Positions 37,929-47,465 of a stretch of DNA of 64,000 bases are shown here, piece after piece. The position numbers and the translations under genes were made by a program. The stretch is from the NCBI GenBank assembly GCA_016218805.1, contig JACRCW010000025.1, positions 1,646-65,645 on the forward strand. Direction: 5' to 3'. Within the stretch, counting starts at the first letter, position 1, and the number at the start of each line of letters is the position of its first letter. The notes beneath the pieces are model-generated. The model did no database searches. It was not told where the DNA came from and saw only the letters and a program-made list of their open reading frames with translations. The stretch comes from Deltaproteobacteria bacterium (GTDB lineage Bacteria; Myxococcota; JACRCW01).

Positions 37929-38565
37929 ACTCGCCGCTCATGTCATCCGCCAGGCGGTCAAACGCGGCCGGCCCGAACAGGTAGCTGTACTCCTCGCCGT
38001 GCGCGCGCGCCCACGCCTGCAGGTAGCGCTTGAGATCCCCCGTCTCCGGCCGGGCCTCTTCGGGCTCCGGCGCCGGCGGCTCCGCGCCGGCGGTGATGGG
38101 CGCGGGCTCCATGGGCAGATCCAGCGTCCAGGGCGGCGGCTCATCCGGCTCCAACCGGTGCTGCTTCATCCAGTCCAGGATGTACTGGTGCGCCAGCACG
38201 TCGCGGAAGGTGAACCAGCGCTTGCGCTCGTCCGCGTATTGCGTGACCACGTCCTTGAAGCGCCGGAACGCGCCCTTGCCCACAATGCTGTCCTGCAGGC
38301 GCGTCTTGAGCTCCGCGTGCACCACGGTGGCAATGAAGCGTTCCATCATCCGGTACTGCTCGCGGCTGGGGATGGGCTCCACCCGGGCAAAGTTCTCCGG
38401 CCCCTCCGCCACGCGTTTGGCCAGCGCGTCGGTCGTGTCGTCGCCCAGCACCGTCACCACCTCGCCGGAGGCGCGGTCCACGTAACTGCGCGCATCCGGC
38501 GAATGGTTCTCAAAGGCGCTCTCCAGGCTCGCCCAATCCATGTGCAGCGTCCGACCCGTCATCAT
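37906..38565 (-). CDS. hypothetical protein (conserved-looking, Trp/Arg-rich DUF-like)
   Basis: 219 aa, MMTGRTLHMDWASLESAFENHSPDARSYVD...; 23-nt convergent overlap with ABC-2/CPBP gene. Confidence 0.5.
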   Translation of the reverse strand: MMTGRTLHMDWASLESAFENHSPDARSYVDRASGEVVTVLGDDTTDALAKRVAEGPENFARVEPIPSREQYRMMERFIATVVHAELKTRLQDSIVGKGAFRRFKDVVTQYADERKRWFTFRDVLAHQYILDWMKQHRLEPDEPPPWTLDLPMEPAPITAGAEPPAPEPEEARPETGDLKRYLQAWARAHGEEYSYLFGPAAFDRLADDMSGEFTFFRRR

Positions 38566-38587
38566 CCAACCTCCGTGTGCGCGCCGT

Positions 38588-38935
38588 TCATCCCGCGGCG
38601 TTCAGGACCGCCCGCAGCTCCATGGACAGTTCGTCCGCCATCATAAGCCGCACCACCCCCGCCGCCCGCAAGGACGCCACCTCGCCCGGCAACACCGTCT
38701 CCCACACACCCAGCACCGGCACGCCCGCCCCGCCCGGTAGGGCGCGCAGGGCCGCCACGTCGGCGGCGCAACCCGGGGCGGCCCATCGGATCACCAACGC
38801 CGGCGCCGTGTCACCCCACCACGCCGCGGCCGGCCCCGCCCGGCCCTCCACCGCCACCCGCGGCGGCGCACACCCCGCCGCCCGACGGAGCCACGCCTCC
38901 CCCATGTCCCACAGCACCACCCGGATGCGCTGCAT
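38588..38935 (-). CDS. hypothetical small protein (possible degenerate receiver-like fold)
   Basis: 115 aa ORF 22 nt upstream of previous gene; weak support. Confidence 0.3.
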   Translation of the reverse strand: MQRIRVVLWDMGEAWLRRAAGCAPPRVAVEGRAGPAAAWWGDTAPALVIRWAAPGCAADVAALRALPGGAGVPVLGVWETVLPGEVASLRAAGVVRLMMADELSMELRAVLNAAG

Positions 38936-39001
38936 TGCCCCGGCACACTAGGGACGTGCCGCGCCCCGGGCCAACGCCGCGCGCGGGGCCCGGGTAAAGT
39001 T

Positions 39002-39029
39002 TTGACCCACGGCGCCCGTGGGTTACGGT
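39002..39029 (+). promoter_or_regulatory. candidate sigma70-type promoter (-35 TTGACC, -10 TACGGT) with a 7-bp perfect palindrome CCCACGG-cgc-CCGTGGG in the spacer
   Basis: TTGACC-16 nt-TACGGT about 30 nt upstream of kinase ATG (39060); palindrome 39006-39022 overlaps spacer (operator-like). Confidence 0.3.
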
Positions 39030-39059
39030 GCCTGATTGGCAGACCCGATCGGGGAAGTC

Positions 39060-41234
39060 ATGGGCGAGAAGTTCGGAAACTACGAGCTCGTGCGCCGCAT
39101 TGCGCAAGGCGGCATGGCCGAGGTGTTCCTCGCCCGTTTCACGGGCGTCGAAGGCTTCGAGCGGTGGCTCGTCATCAAGCGGATGCTGCCCGAGCTGGCC
39201 ATCCGCAAGGACTTTGTCGAGATGTTTCTCGACGAGGCCCGGCTCGCCGCGCGGTTCAACCACCCCAATATTGTGCTGGTGCATGAGCTGGGTGAAAAGA
39301 ACGGCAGCTATTTCATGGCCATGGAGTACGTGGACGGGCCGCACCTGGGCGCCCTGTTCGCGCACAGCCTGCGCAAGAAGTCCCCCATGCCCGTGTCCCT
39401 GTGCTGCTACGTGCTGGCCCGCGCCGCTGAGGGCCTGCACCACGCGCATGAGCTCAAGGACCGTGACGGCACGCCGCTGTCCATTGTCCACCGGGACGTG
39501 TCCCCGCAGAACATCCTCATCAGCCGTGATGGCGACGTGAAGGTGATGGACTTTGGCGTGGCCAAGGCCGCCAGCCAGACCACGCAGACGCGCACCGGCG
39601 TGGTCAAAGGCAAGGTCGGCTACATGTCCCCGGAGCAGTGCCTGGCCAACCCGGTGGACCGCCGCACCGACGTGTTTGCGCTGGGCATTGTCCTGTACGA
39701 GCTGGTCACGCGCCGCCGCCTGTTCCGCGACAAGAGCGACCTGGTGGTGATGCAGAAGATCACGACGGAGGAGGTGCCGCCGCCTTCGCAGGTCAACCCC
39801 AAGATTCCGCGCGAGTTGGACGAGCTCATCCTCAAGTCCCTGCGCCGGGAGAAGGACGCGCGCACCCCGGACGCCCTCACGCTGTCCGACGAGCTGGACA
39901 CCTACCTGGCGGGCAGCGGCGAAGCGGTCACGCGCAACACCCTGGCCCGCTGGATGAACGAGAACGCCACCGACCTGGTCCCCAGCGGCGAGCTGGTGCA
40001 GAACCCCACGCCGTCCTGGACGGGGGCGCAGAGCCCGTCCGGCGGCTCGCGGCCGGGGATGGCCTCCACCGCCCCCACGCCCCCGCGCTCCAATGACGCG
40101 GAGACGCGCGCGCTGAGCACCGCCCACCTCAACGAAGGCACCCAGGACGAGACCCCCGCGTCGTCCGGCGCCGCCGAGGGCGGACTGGCCCTTCCGCCCG
40201 ACACGCCGGTGGACACCGGTGGAAAACCGGCCGGGCCCAGCCGGGCTCCGCTGGTGGCCGGCGCCGTGGTGGCCGTGGTGGCGCTGGGCGGCACCGCGGC
40301 GTTCTTTGCCCTGGGCGGGCTGAGCTCCACGGGGACCCTCCGGCCGGTCACCCCCACCACCACCTCGGGGAGTTCCGGCCAACCCGAGGCGCCGCCCTCC
40401 TCCGCCGCCCCCACCCCGCCGCCGGCCAGCGCGGGCAGCCCCGCCACCGCGGCAGGTGGCGCCCCCGCACCGGACATCACGCTGGGCGCGCTGCGGATCC
40501 TGGTGGACCCGCCGCAGGCGGAGGTCACCGTCAACCGCGTGTCCCGCGGCACCTGTGAGAACGGCGCGGTCCTGGTGGACAAGCTCAGCATGGAAAACCC
40601 TGAGGCGCAGGTGGTCCTCAGCCTGGACGGCTATGAGACCCAGCGCATGAGCGTCCCGCTTGTTGGCGGGGATACCATTACGCTGCCCGTCATCCGGCTG
40701 CGCAGGCAGTCCGCCACCGTCCGGCCGGTGCACGGCATCTTTGAAATCACCTCCGACCCGTCCAATCTCAAGGTGAGCATTGACGGGAGGACGGTGGGAC
40801 GGACGCCGCTGGTCAAGCTGGAAGTGAAGGACGGCGCGCACACCATCGTCGTTGAGGCGCCGCCGGGGTACGAGCCATACCGGGACACGTTCAAGAGCGT
40901 GGCCGGGATGAAGCAGTCACTGCCCATCACGCTGCAGAAGGCCGCGCGCCCCCCGCGGGATGACCGCCCCCGGGAACCGGAGGGCACCGGCAAGCTCGTC
41001 GTGGACACCACGCCGTACTGGACCTACGTGTACCTCAACGGCAAGAACCTGGGCGCCACACCCATTGCGCCCCCGGTGGAGGTACCCGCAGGAAAGGTCA
41101 CACTGCGGCTGCGGCGGGACGGCAAGGACGGTTGCACCATTGACGTCACGCGCAGCGTGGAGGTGGCCGCCAACCAGCTCACCCGCAAGTCGTTCACGCT
41201 GGAAGCGCGCGAAGCCAAGGGCACCTGCCAGTAG
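39060..41234 (+). CDS. serine/threonine protein kinase with C-terminal Pro/Ser linker, TM segment and PEGA domains
   Basis: ATG at 39060 (MGEKFGNYELVRRIAQGGMAEV glycine loop), VIKRM Lys, HRDVSPQNILI, MDFGVAK, SPEQ; C-terminal PEGA-like repeats. Confidence 0.85.
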   Translation: MGEKFGNYELVRRIAQGGMAEVFLARFTGVEGFERWLVIKRMLPELAIRKDFVEMFLDEARLAARFNHPNIVLVHELGEKNGSYFMAMEYVDGPHLGALFAHSLRKKSPMPVSLCCYVLARAAEGLHHAHELKDRDGTPLSIVHRDVSPQNILISRDGDVKVMDFGVAKAASQTTQTRTGVVKGKVGYMSPEQCLANPVDRRTDVFALGIVLYELVTRRRLFRDKSDLVVMQKITTEEVPPPSQVNPKIPRELDELILKSLRREKDARTPDALTLSDELDTYLAGSGEAVTRNTLARWMNENATDLVPSGELVQNPTPSWTGAQSPSGGSRPGMASTAPTPPRSNDAETRALSTAHLNEGTQDETPASSGAAEGGLALPPDTPVDTGGKPAGPSRAPLVAGAVVAVVALGGTAAFFALGGLSSTGTLRPVTPTTTSGSSGQPEAPPSSAAPTPPPASAGSPATAAGGAPAPDITLGALRILVDPPQAEVTVNRVSRGTCENGAVLVDKLSMENPEAQVVLSLDGYETQRMSVPLVGGDTITLPVIRLRRQSATVRPVHGIFEITSDPSNLKVSIDGRTVGRTPLVKLEVKDGAHTIVVEAPPGYEPYRDTFKSVAGMKQSLPITLQKAARPPRDDRPREPEGTGKLVVDTTPYWTYVYLNGKNLGATPIAPPVEVPAGKVTLRLRRDGKDGCTIDVTRSVEVAANQLTRKSFTLEAREAKGTCQ

Positions 41235-41332
41235 CTTCACACCCCAACGCGTCATCCCATTGGGTCGGGGTCGGCGCTCGGCCCGGCTTCCAACAAGACC
41301 GGCGAAGTTGTGACCTCACCGAGTTCCCCTGC

Positions 41333-42124
41333 TCAGTTGCTGGGAATGCTTCCGTTGGGACGCGGGGCGGATGAGCTGGCCTCATCCCGCGTGCGCCGTT
41401 CACTGACCCGTGCGCATCCTTCGCCGAAGAAGCACGTCTCGCCATCGGTACATTGGACAGCACCACATGACTCGCGGATCTGTGCGGCCACCTCCAACGT
41501 GACTGAGTTGGGCCATGCCACGGATATCATCCGCCGCAGCTGGACAAGCGTGACCTGCGCTTCCTCAAGAAGACCCGGTCCGTCGCTGGTCTCCTTGTCC
41601 TGCAGGAGGACGCGGTCCCCTTCCATGCAAAAGAACTTGTACATGCCGCTCGCCGTGTATGCGTCGGCTCCGTCGGGCGCGCGGGCAACGCCGGCCGCGC
41701 TCACCACCGCGACAACCCTTGTACCGACCGGGGGAGCACCCTTCCCGTCGCACATCTCGTCGACCCAGCGCCTGGTCCGGATGGTGTGTTCATCGCCCAA
41801 TCGCCAATCAGGGCGACCGCCCGGAAGCGGCTGAAGCGGAGCGGTGAGTTGTTCCAGCACGCGGATGCGGACGAAGCGCCCCTCCGACAGGCCCGTTGGA
41901 TTTCGAGGTCTATCCATGCACGCCTGGACGGGTCCATAGGCGACCTCTTCGGCGATGGTCTCGACCAGGAAGATTCCGTGTTGCGCCCGCCAATCCGCGA
42001 TTTCTGAAATGCGATAGAGGGAGAGCGCACCAGTGCCCGACGGCGGCCCCTCACACGCCAGGTAGCAGCACAAGACCAGCAGGCCCACACGCCCAGAACT
42101 CCGGCCCGGCGCAATTTGGCGCAT
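41333..42124 (-). CDS. lipoprotein of unknown function with atypical (lower-GC) codon usage
   Basis: MRQIAPGRSSGRVGLLVLCCYLAC lipobox; strong SD AAGGAGG 7 nt before ATG; codons tat/gaa/aat/aga/cga frequent, unlike neighbours. Confidence 0.55.
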   Translation of the reverse strand: MRQIAPGRSSGRVGLLVLCCYLACEGPPSGTGALSLYRISEIADWRAQHGIFLVETIAEEVAYGPVQACMDRPRNPTGLSEGRFVRIRVLEQLTAPLQPLPGGRPDWRLGDEHTIRTRRWVDEMCDGKGAPPVGTRVVAVVSAAGVARAPDGADAYTASGMYKFFCMEGDRVLLQDKETSDGPGLLEEAQVTLVQLRRMISVAWPNSVTLEVAAQIRESCGAVQCTDGETCFFGEGCARVSERRTRDEASSSAPRPNGSIPSN

Positions 42125-42371
42125 GAAAGGCCTCCTTTCAGCGTGTCGGTGTCAGTGCGGGTCCTTCCGACTGCAGGCAACCGACCGAAAGGACCGCAAC
42201 ACAACACAGCCCGCGAATGGTCATCATGATCCCTCCGCGTGAGGATCCTCGGTGGCCCGCGGTTGGGGTTCAAGCGAACCGACTGCGCCGCCAACGCGTG
42301 CGTCGCCGCGGGTGCATCGCCGTGCGTTCAGCCCTTGTGCCCGCCCCTTCCCGAGTCCTAGCTTGCTCGCC

Positions 42372-43835
42372 ATGCACAAGCGGTGGCTCGCCTACGGAGC
42401 CTGCGTTCTCCTCGTCGCCACGGGTGCCGGGGCGGAGACCCCGCCGGCGCCCGACAAGGTCGCGCCCAAGGCGCCCACGGAGGACGACGCCAAGGCGCGC
42501 TTCCTCCGCGGCAAGGAGCTGTACGCGCAGGGCGACTTTGACGGTGCCATCCGCGAGTGGCAGGCGGCGCACGAGCGGGCACCCAAACCGGAGCTGCTGT
42601 TCAACATTGCGCGGGCGTGTGAGCAGGCGGGCCGCACCGAGGACGCCATCCGCAACTACCGCCGCTACCTGGACGAGGCGAAGGACCCGCCCGACCGTCC
42701 CAGCGTGGAGGCCACCATTGCGCGCCTGCAGGAGCAGCAGGACGCCCGGGCCAGCAAGGAGGGTGAAGCGCGCAAGCAGGAGCAGGCGGCCGAACACCTG
42801 CGCAAGGGCCGCGAACTCTACCAGGCCAGCCGCTACGCCGACGCGCTCAAGGAGCTGCAGGCGGCTTTTGAGCTCGTTCCGTCCGCCACGCTGGTTTACA
42901 ACATGGCCAAGACGCGCGAGCGGTTGGGGGACCTGCGCGGCGCGCTGGGTGACTACCGCCGCTACCTGGAGATGGAGCCGCGGGCACCGGACCGCTCCGA
43001 CGTGGACTTTGTAATCAAGGCGCTGGAGAAGAAACTGGGCCAGTCCATCAACGAGCTGGCCCTGGAGTCCAGCCCGCCCGGCGCGGAGGTCTACCTGGAC
43101 GACGGGACCGCCCTGGCTGGTCAGACGCCGCTCACGCTCCGCGTGGTGGCCGGGCCGCACAAGCTCCGCGTGGTGCGCAACGGTTTTGAGCCGGCGGTGC
43201 GGGACTTCACCATGCCGGAGGACCGGCCGCTGACCCTGACGTTTGACCTGCGGCCGCTGGAGAACGTGGGCTGGCTCAGTGTGGACTGCGACCAGGAAGG
43301 CAGCCACATCTTCCTGGACGGCACCATCCTGGCGCTCACGCCCTACCGGGACCGGCGTGCGCTGCCCGCGGGCCGCCACCAGGTGGTCCTGGAGCGCACG
43401 GGCTACGAGCGGTTTGTGCAGGTGGTGGACGTCAAGCAGGGCAAGGAGACGCACGTGCGCGTACGGCTGCAGTCCGCCGGGGGCCGCTCCGTTCTCCCGT
43501 TGGTGCTGGCGCCGCTGCTGGGGACGCCGCTGGTGCTGGCGGGCGCCGCCGCGGGCGGCCTGTCCGGCGCGTTGTTCTACCGGGCGCGCTCCGTCATTGA
43601 CGGGACGCCGGCCTGGCAGCGCGCGCTGGGCGGGATGGGCGCGGCCGCCGCCGCCGCCGTGGTGCTGGTGCTGACCGGAGCGGGCGTGTGCGGCGGCATC
43701 GTGGGACTGTGGGTGGCGCTGGGCCTGGTGGGCCGCAGCGGCAGTGACGTCAGCGTGCGCCCCGGGCCGGCCACCGCGGAGACCGCACCCGCCCCGACGG
43801 CCAAGCCACCCGCGCCCGCCGGAGGTGCGCCGTGA
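42372..43835 (+). CDS. secreted TPR-repeat protein with PEGA domains and C-terminal TM/Ala-Gly-rich region
   Basis: Start MHKRWLAYGACVLLVATGAGA signal; four TPR-like units; PEGA-like modules. Confidence 0.7.
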   Translation: MHKRWLAYGACVLLVATGAGAETPPAPDKVAPKAPTEDDAKARFLRGKELYAQGDFDGAIREWQAAHERAPKPELLFNIARACEQAGRTEDAIRNYRRYLDEAKDPPDRPSVEATIARLQEQQDARASKEGEARKQEQAAEHLRKGRELYQASRYADALKELQAAFELVPSATLVYNMAKTRERLGDLRGALGDYRRYLEMEPRAPDRSDVDFVIKALEKKLGQSINELALESSPPGAEVYLDDGTALAGQTPLTLRVVAGPHKLRVVRNGFEPAVRDFTMPEDRPLTLTFDLRPLENVGWLSVDCDQEGSHIFLDGTILALTPYRDRRALPAGRHQVVLERTGYERFVQVVDVKQGKETHVRVRLQSAGGRSVLPLVLAPLLGTPLVLAGAAAGGLSGALFYRARSVIDGTPAWQRALGGMGAAAAAAVVLVLTGAGVCGGIVGLWVALGLVGRSGSDVSVRPGPATAETAPAPTAKPPAPAGGAP

Positions 43836-44974
43836 CCTCCCGCCTGCCCCGCGCGCTGGCCGTGCTGGCCCTGGCCGTGTTTGCCGCGGCGGGCAGCTGC
43901 CCGTTCTCCGGGCTGCCCGTGCCGTGCGCCACGCCGGAGATTCCCGTCTCCACCGGCCTCACCTTCCTTGTGGGCGGGGACCCCACGTGCTCGGAGAATG
44001 GGACCCCGCTGTGCGCCAACTCCATTGGTGATGACGGTGACCGCACCATCCCGGAGCACCTGGTGAGCCTGGACCCGTTCCTGGTGGACCAGACGGAGGT
44101 CAGCAACATCCAGTACCGGGAATGCGTGGACCGCGGCGCCTGCGGCCTCCCGTTGGACTGCGTGCCGGGCGCGCCGTTCCTGGCGTTGGGGGCGCGCGTC
44201 AATCCCGCCGGCGGCTGCCGGTTTGAGCTGCGCCAGTATGACGACCTGCCGGTGGTGGCGGTGAGCTGGGACGACGCCCGGCGGTACTGTGAATGGCGCG
44301 GCAAGAGCCTGCCCACCGAGGCGCAGTGGGAGCGGGCCGCCGTGGGCCCGCGGGGAGAGGGCGAGGCCGCGCGCAAGTTCCCGTGGGGCGACGAGGCGTC
44401 CTTTGAAGGGCGCGCGCAGGTCACGCCCGAGGACCGGTGCGACGGATTCCTCAAGGACCGGCCCGCGCCCGTCCGGGACGAGGCCCGCCGGGCAGGGCGC
44501 TCCGTGGAGGGCGTCTATGACCTGGCGGGCAACGTGCGCGAGTGGACCCTGGATGACTTTGACCCGGCGCTCTACTGCCGGGACACCACGCCCTCCGCCG
44601 AGGAACGGGCGGCCCACGGCGGCGCGGACTGCGGGGGCGCGGAGCACCGCGAGTGCCCGCGCACCGACCAGGCGCCGCTGCCCCCCGCCGTCGTGGCCAA
44701 CCCGGTCTACGGCGGCAGCGCCGCGCGCAAGGTCGTCCGCGGGGGGGCGTTCTGCTCCACCAACGTCTCGCAGGTGCAGCATGACTGCGACCTGCACGCG
44801 CGCTCACGCGCGGGACTCCAGCGCGACTTCCAGACGGCGGACCTGCCTTCCGTGCCCCTGCTCACCGCGCGCCTGGCTGGCCTGTACAATGACGCCCAGC
44901 TCACCGGCTTCCGGTGTGTGCGCAACGGCCTGGTGCCGGACCCCGCGCTGTCCTACTGCCCGCTGCTGCCCTGA
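43832..44974 (+). CDS. formylglycine-generating enzyme (FGE-sulfatase/SUMF1) family lipoprotein
   Basis: Lipobox LAVFAAAGSC; FGE signature VSWDDARRYCEWRGKSLPTEAQWE, LAGNVREW, RGGAF; GTGA overlap with upstream stop. Confidence 0.8.
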   Translation: MTSRLPRALAVLALAVFAAAGSCPFSGLPVPCATPEIPVSTGLTFLVGGDPTCSENGTPLCANSIGDDGDRTIPEHLVSLDPFLVDQTEVSNIQYRECVDRGACGLPLDCVPGAPFLALGARVNPAGGCRFELRQYDDLPVVAVSWDDARRYCEWRGKSLPTEAQWERAAVGPRGEGEAARKFPWGDEASFEGRAQVTPEDRCDGFLKDRPAPVRDEARRAGRSVEGVYDLAGNVREWTLDDFDPALYCRDTTPSAEERAAHGGADCGGAEHRECPRTDQAPLPPAVVANPVYGGSAARKVVRGGAFCSTNVSQVQHDCDLHARSRAGLQRDFQTADLPSVPLLTARLAGLYNDAQLTGFRCVRNGLVPDPALSYCPLLP

Positions 44975-46722
44975 GGCGCGGCGCCCGGGGACACGGGCAG
45001 CAGGTGGTCACGCAGCCAACGCTCCTCCTGTTCCACCACGTCGGCCGCGCCCAGGCGCTGTGCCAGCACCCGGCGCTCCTCGTGCAGCCGGCGCGAACAG
45101 CACGCCCGGGCCACCGCTTCGTCATACGCCTCCAGCGCCTGGGGTAGCGCGCCGCGGGCAAACCGCCCGCGGGCCAGCACCATGGGGCCGGCGGGCAGCC
45201 ACGGTGCCAGGCGGGCAGCGCGGATCGCGGCCTCGTCGTGCTCCCGCCACAGTGCGGCCTGCTCATCCGGGTCCTGCGTGCGCTGGATGGACAGCAGGAT
45301 CTCCTCGGCCAGCGTGAGCTGCGCCCGCGCGTCGTAGCTCAGCAGCTGCGCGCCCGCCCGCGTGGCCGCCAGGTTGGGCTCTTCTCCCGGCAGGCGCGGT
45401 ACACCGCGGTCCGCCAGCCCCACGCCGGCGCATACCCACGCGGCGGCCAGGAAGCCTGCGCCCGCCGCCATCCGCGCGGGCGCGGGAAGCTCGTCCAGGT
45501 CCTGCGGGGAGGCCGTGCGCGCGCACAGCCAGCCCAGCGCAATCCACAGGCCCAGGCCCGCCACGTGGTGCGCGTCATAATCCACCTGGTGGTGCAGGAT
45601 GGACGCCAGCACCCCCGTCGCCGCCAGCACCTCCGGCAGCTCCCCCCGCGCGGCCCACCGCAGCGCCCACGCCGCCAGCGCCCCGTACATCACCACCGCC
45701 AGCAGGCCGCCCAGCGGACCCAGCTCCACCATCATCTGCAGGACCCCGCTGTGCACGTAGGCGGCGTAGCGGCGGGGCGGTGACAGGTGGTTGAACGCGG
45801 ACTCAAAGGCACCGGCCCCCACGCCCCACGGCGGCAGGTGCGCCAGCATGGCCGCGGCATTGGCCCAGTCCTCCAGCCGCTCGCGCCCGCTCATGGCGGC
45901 GGACGCATCCGGCCGCCATGACCGCAACCACCACACCAATGCCAACGCCGCGGCCACCGCCAGCCACGCCAGCAGCACCGTGCCCCACCGGCGCCTGCGC
46001 CAGCCCGCCGCCGTGATCCCCAGCACCACCGCCCCGCCCAGCGCCAGCGCCGCCCCCACCGACTGGGTCATCAGCAGCACCAGGCCGCCCAGGGACGCCA
46101 GCGCCAGCCAGGTGGCGCGGACGCCGGGGCGGCCGCCTTCGCGCGCGGCCAGGGCGGCCAGCATGCCCAGCAGTGGGAGCAGAAAGCCCGCCAGCATGTC
46201 CGGCGAGCTGAACGGTCCCATGGCGCGGTGCCGCGTCACCCACAGCTCCGCGAACCCGCGCGCCTGGGCGTCCTCCACCGTGGCCGCCAATTCCCCGGCG
46301 GCCTCCAGGCTCCCGCCCAGCTGCCGCAGCGCGGACAGCGCGCACGCTGCCACCGCCACGCCCGCGCCCAATTCCAGCGCCCGCTCCTGCCCGCGGGATG
46401 CCAGCAGCAGCGCGGCCCCGCCGGCCCACAGCGTCACAGTCCACGCGGACTGCCCGGCATCCACGCTCCACGTCATGCTGGCCAGCTGCCAGGCCAGCAG
46501 GGCCAGCACGGGTATCTCCAGGCGCACGCGGGGTGCGCGCTCCATCACCGCCAGGGCCAGCAGGCCCAGCGGCGCGGTGGCCATGGACAAGCCGGGCAGC
46601 AGCACCTGGGGCACCACGGGCGCGGCGGCGGCCAGCAGCAGCAGCACGTGCTGGGCGCGGCCGCTGAGGCCCCGCAGCCCCGGGCGCTCTTCCGTGGGCA
46701 GGGATGCGGGGGGCGTGCTCAC
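44953..46722 (-). CDS. O-antigen ligase (Wzy_C) family polytopic membrane protein with C-terminal TPR-like soluble domain; candidate protein O-oligosaccharyltransferase
   Basis: about 10 TM helices; O-antigen-ligase-like loop; 4-nt overlap with upstream ABC permease gene; 22-nt convergent overlap with FGE gene. Confidence 0.55.
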   Translation of the reverse strand: MSTPPASLPTEERPGLRGLSGRAQHVLLLLAAAAPVVPQVLLPGLSMATAPLGLLALAVMERAPRVRLEIPVLALLAWQLASMTWSVDAGQSAWTVTLWAGGAALLLASRGQERALELGAGVAVAACALSALRQLGGSLEAAGELAATVEDAQARGFAELWVTRHRAMGPFSSPDMLAGFLLPLLGMLAALAAREGGRPGVRATWLALASLGGLVLLMTQSVGAALALGGAVVLGITAAGWRRRRWGTVLLAWLAVAAALALVWWLRSWRPDASAAMSGRERLEDWANAAAMLAHLPPWGVGAGAFESAFNHLSPPRRYAAYVHSGVLQMMVELGPLGGLLAVVMYGALAAWALRWAARGELPEVLAATGVLASILHHQVDYDAHHVAGLGLWIALGWLCARTASPQDLDELPAPARMAAGAGFLAAAWVCAGVGLADRGVPRLPGEEPNLAATRAGAQLLSYDARAQLTLAEEILLSIQRTQDPDEQAALWREHDEAAIRAARLAPWLPAGPMVLARGRFARGALPQALEAYDEAVARACCSRRLHEERRVLAQRLGAADVVEQEERWLRDHLLPVSPGAAPQGSSGQ

Positions 46723-47465
46723 TTGAGATCCCGGCGCTCAAACACAATGCCCGCCACCAGCACCAGCGCCACGGCGTGAACCACCGCGTCAGCCAGCACC
46801 AGCGCCGTGCGGGAGGCATCCAGCGGGTGGGCGTTGAAGTCCAGCCGCTGCAGGTTGGGCATGGCCCAGGCGGCCAGGCGGAGCATCCAGGCCAGCGCGG
46901 CCTCGCCTTGGGTTTCTGCGTAGCGGCGGAGTTCGTCGCCCCCCAGACCCACCAGCCACGTCGCCAGGCCGCACACGGCGGCCACCGTGGTGCCGGCAAA
47001 CGCCGTGAAGACCAGCGTCGCCGCCACCACCAGCGCCGCCTCCGCCCCCAGCCCCAGCAGCGGCACCAGCAGGCCCGCTCCGGGCGCATCCGACACGGCA
47101 ACGGCCAGGCGCAGCAGCAGCCCGGCCAGCAGCGTGTTCACCCACAGCAGCGCGGACAGGCCCAGGAACTTCCCCGCCATCAGCTGCATGCGGGTGACCG
47201 GCCGCACCAGCACGGTCAGGAGCATCCGCCGGTCATCCGCGCCGCCCATGCTCTGCACGGCCATCATCACCGCCAGCAGCGCGTTGACGCCGGACAACAG
47301 CGCCAGCGCGGTGTCCCGCAGCGTGCGCCCTTTCTCCCCAATGGTGAGCCCCTCCAGCAGCAGGGCCATGCCCACCGCAAACACGGCAAACACCGCCAGG
47401 TTGACAAACACCTGGCTGCGGACGCCTTCGCGGAACGTGGCGCGCGCAATGACCAGGACCCTCAT
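46719..47465 (-). CDS. ABC-2 type transporter permease (PilI-like)
   Basis: Start MRVLVIARATFREG at 47465 (ATGA overlap with ATPase stop); 6 predicted TM helices. Confidence 0.7.
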   Translation of the reverse strand: MRVLVIARATFREGVRSQVFVNLAVFAVFAVGMALLLEGLTIGEKGRTLRDTALALLSGVNALLAVMMAVQSMGGADDRRMLLTVLVRPVTRMQLMAGKFLGLSALLWVNTLLAGLLLRLAVAVSDAPGAGLLVPLLGLGAEAALVVAATLVFTAFAGTTVAAVCGLATWLVGLGGDELRRYAETQGEAALAWMLRLAAWAMPNLQRLDFNAHPLDASRTALVLADAVVHAVALVLVAGIVFERRDLK

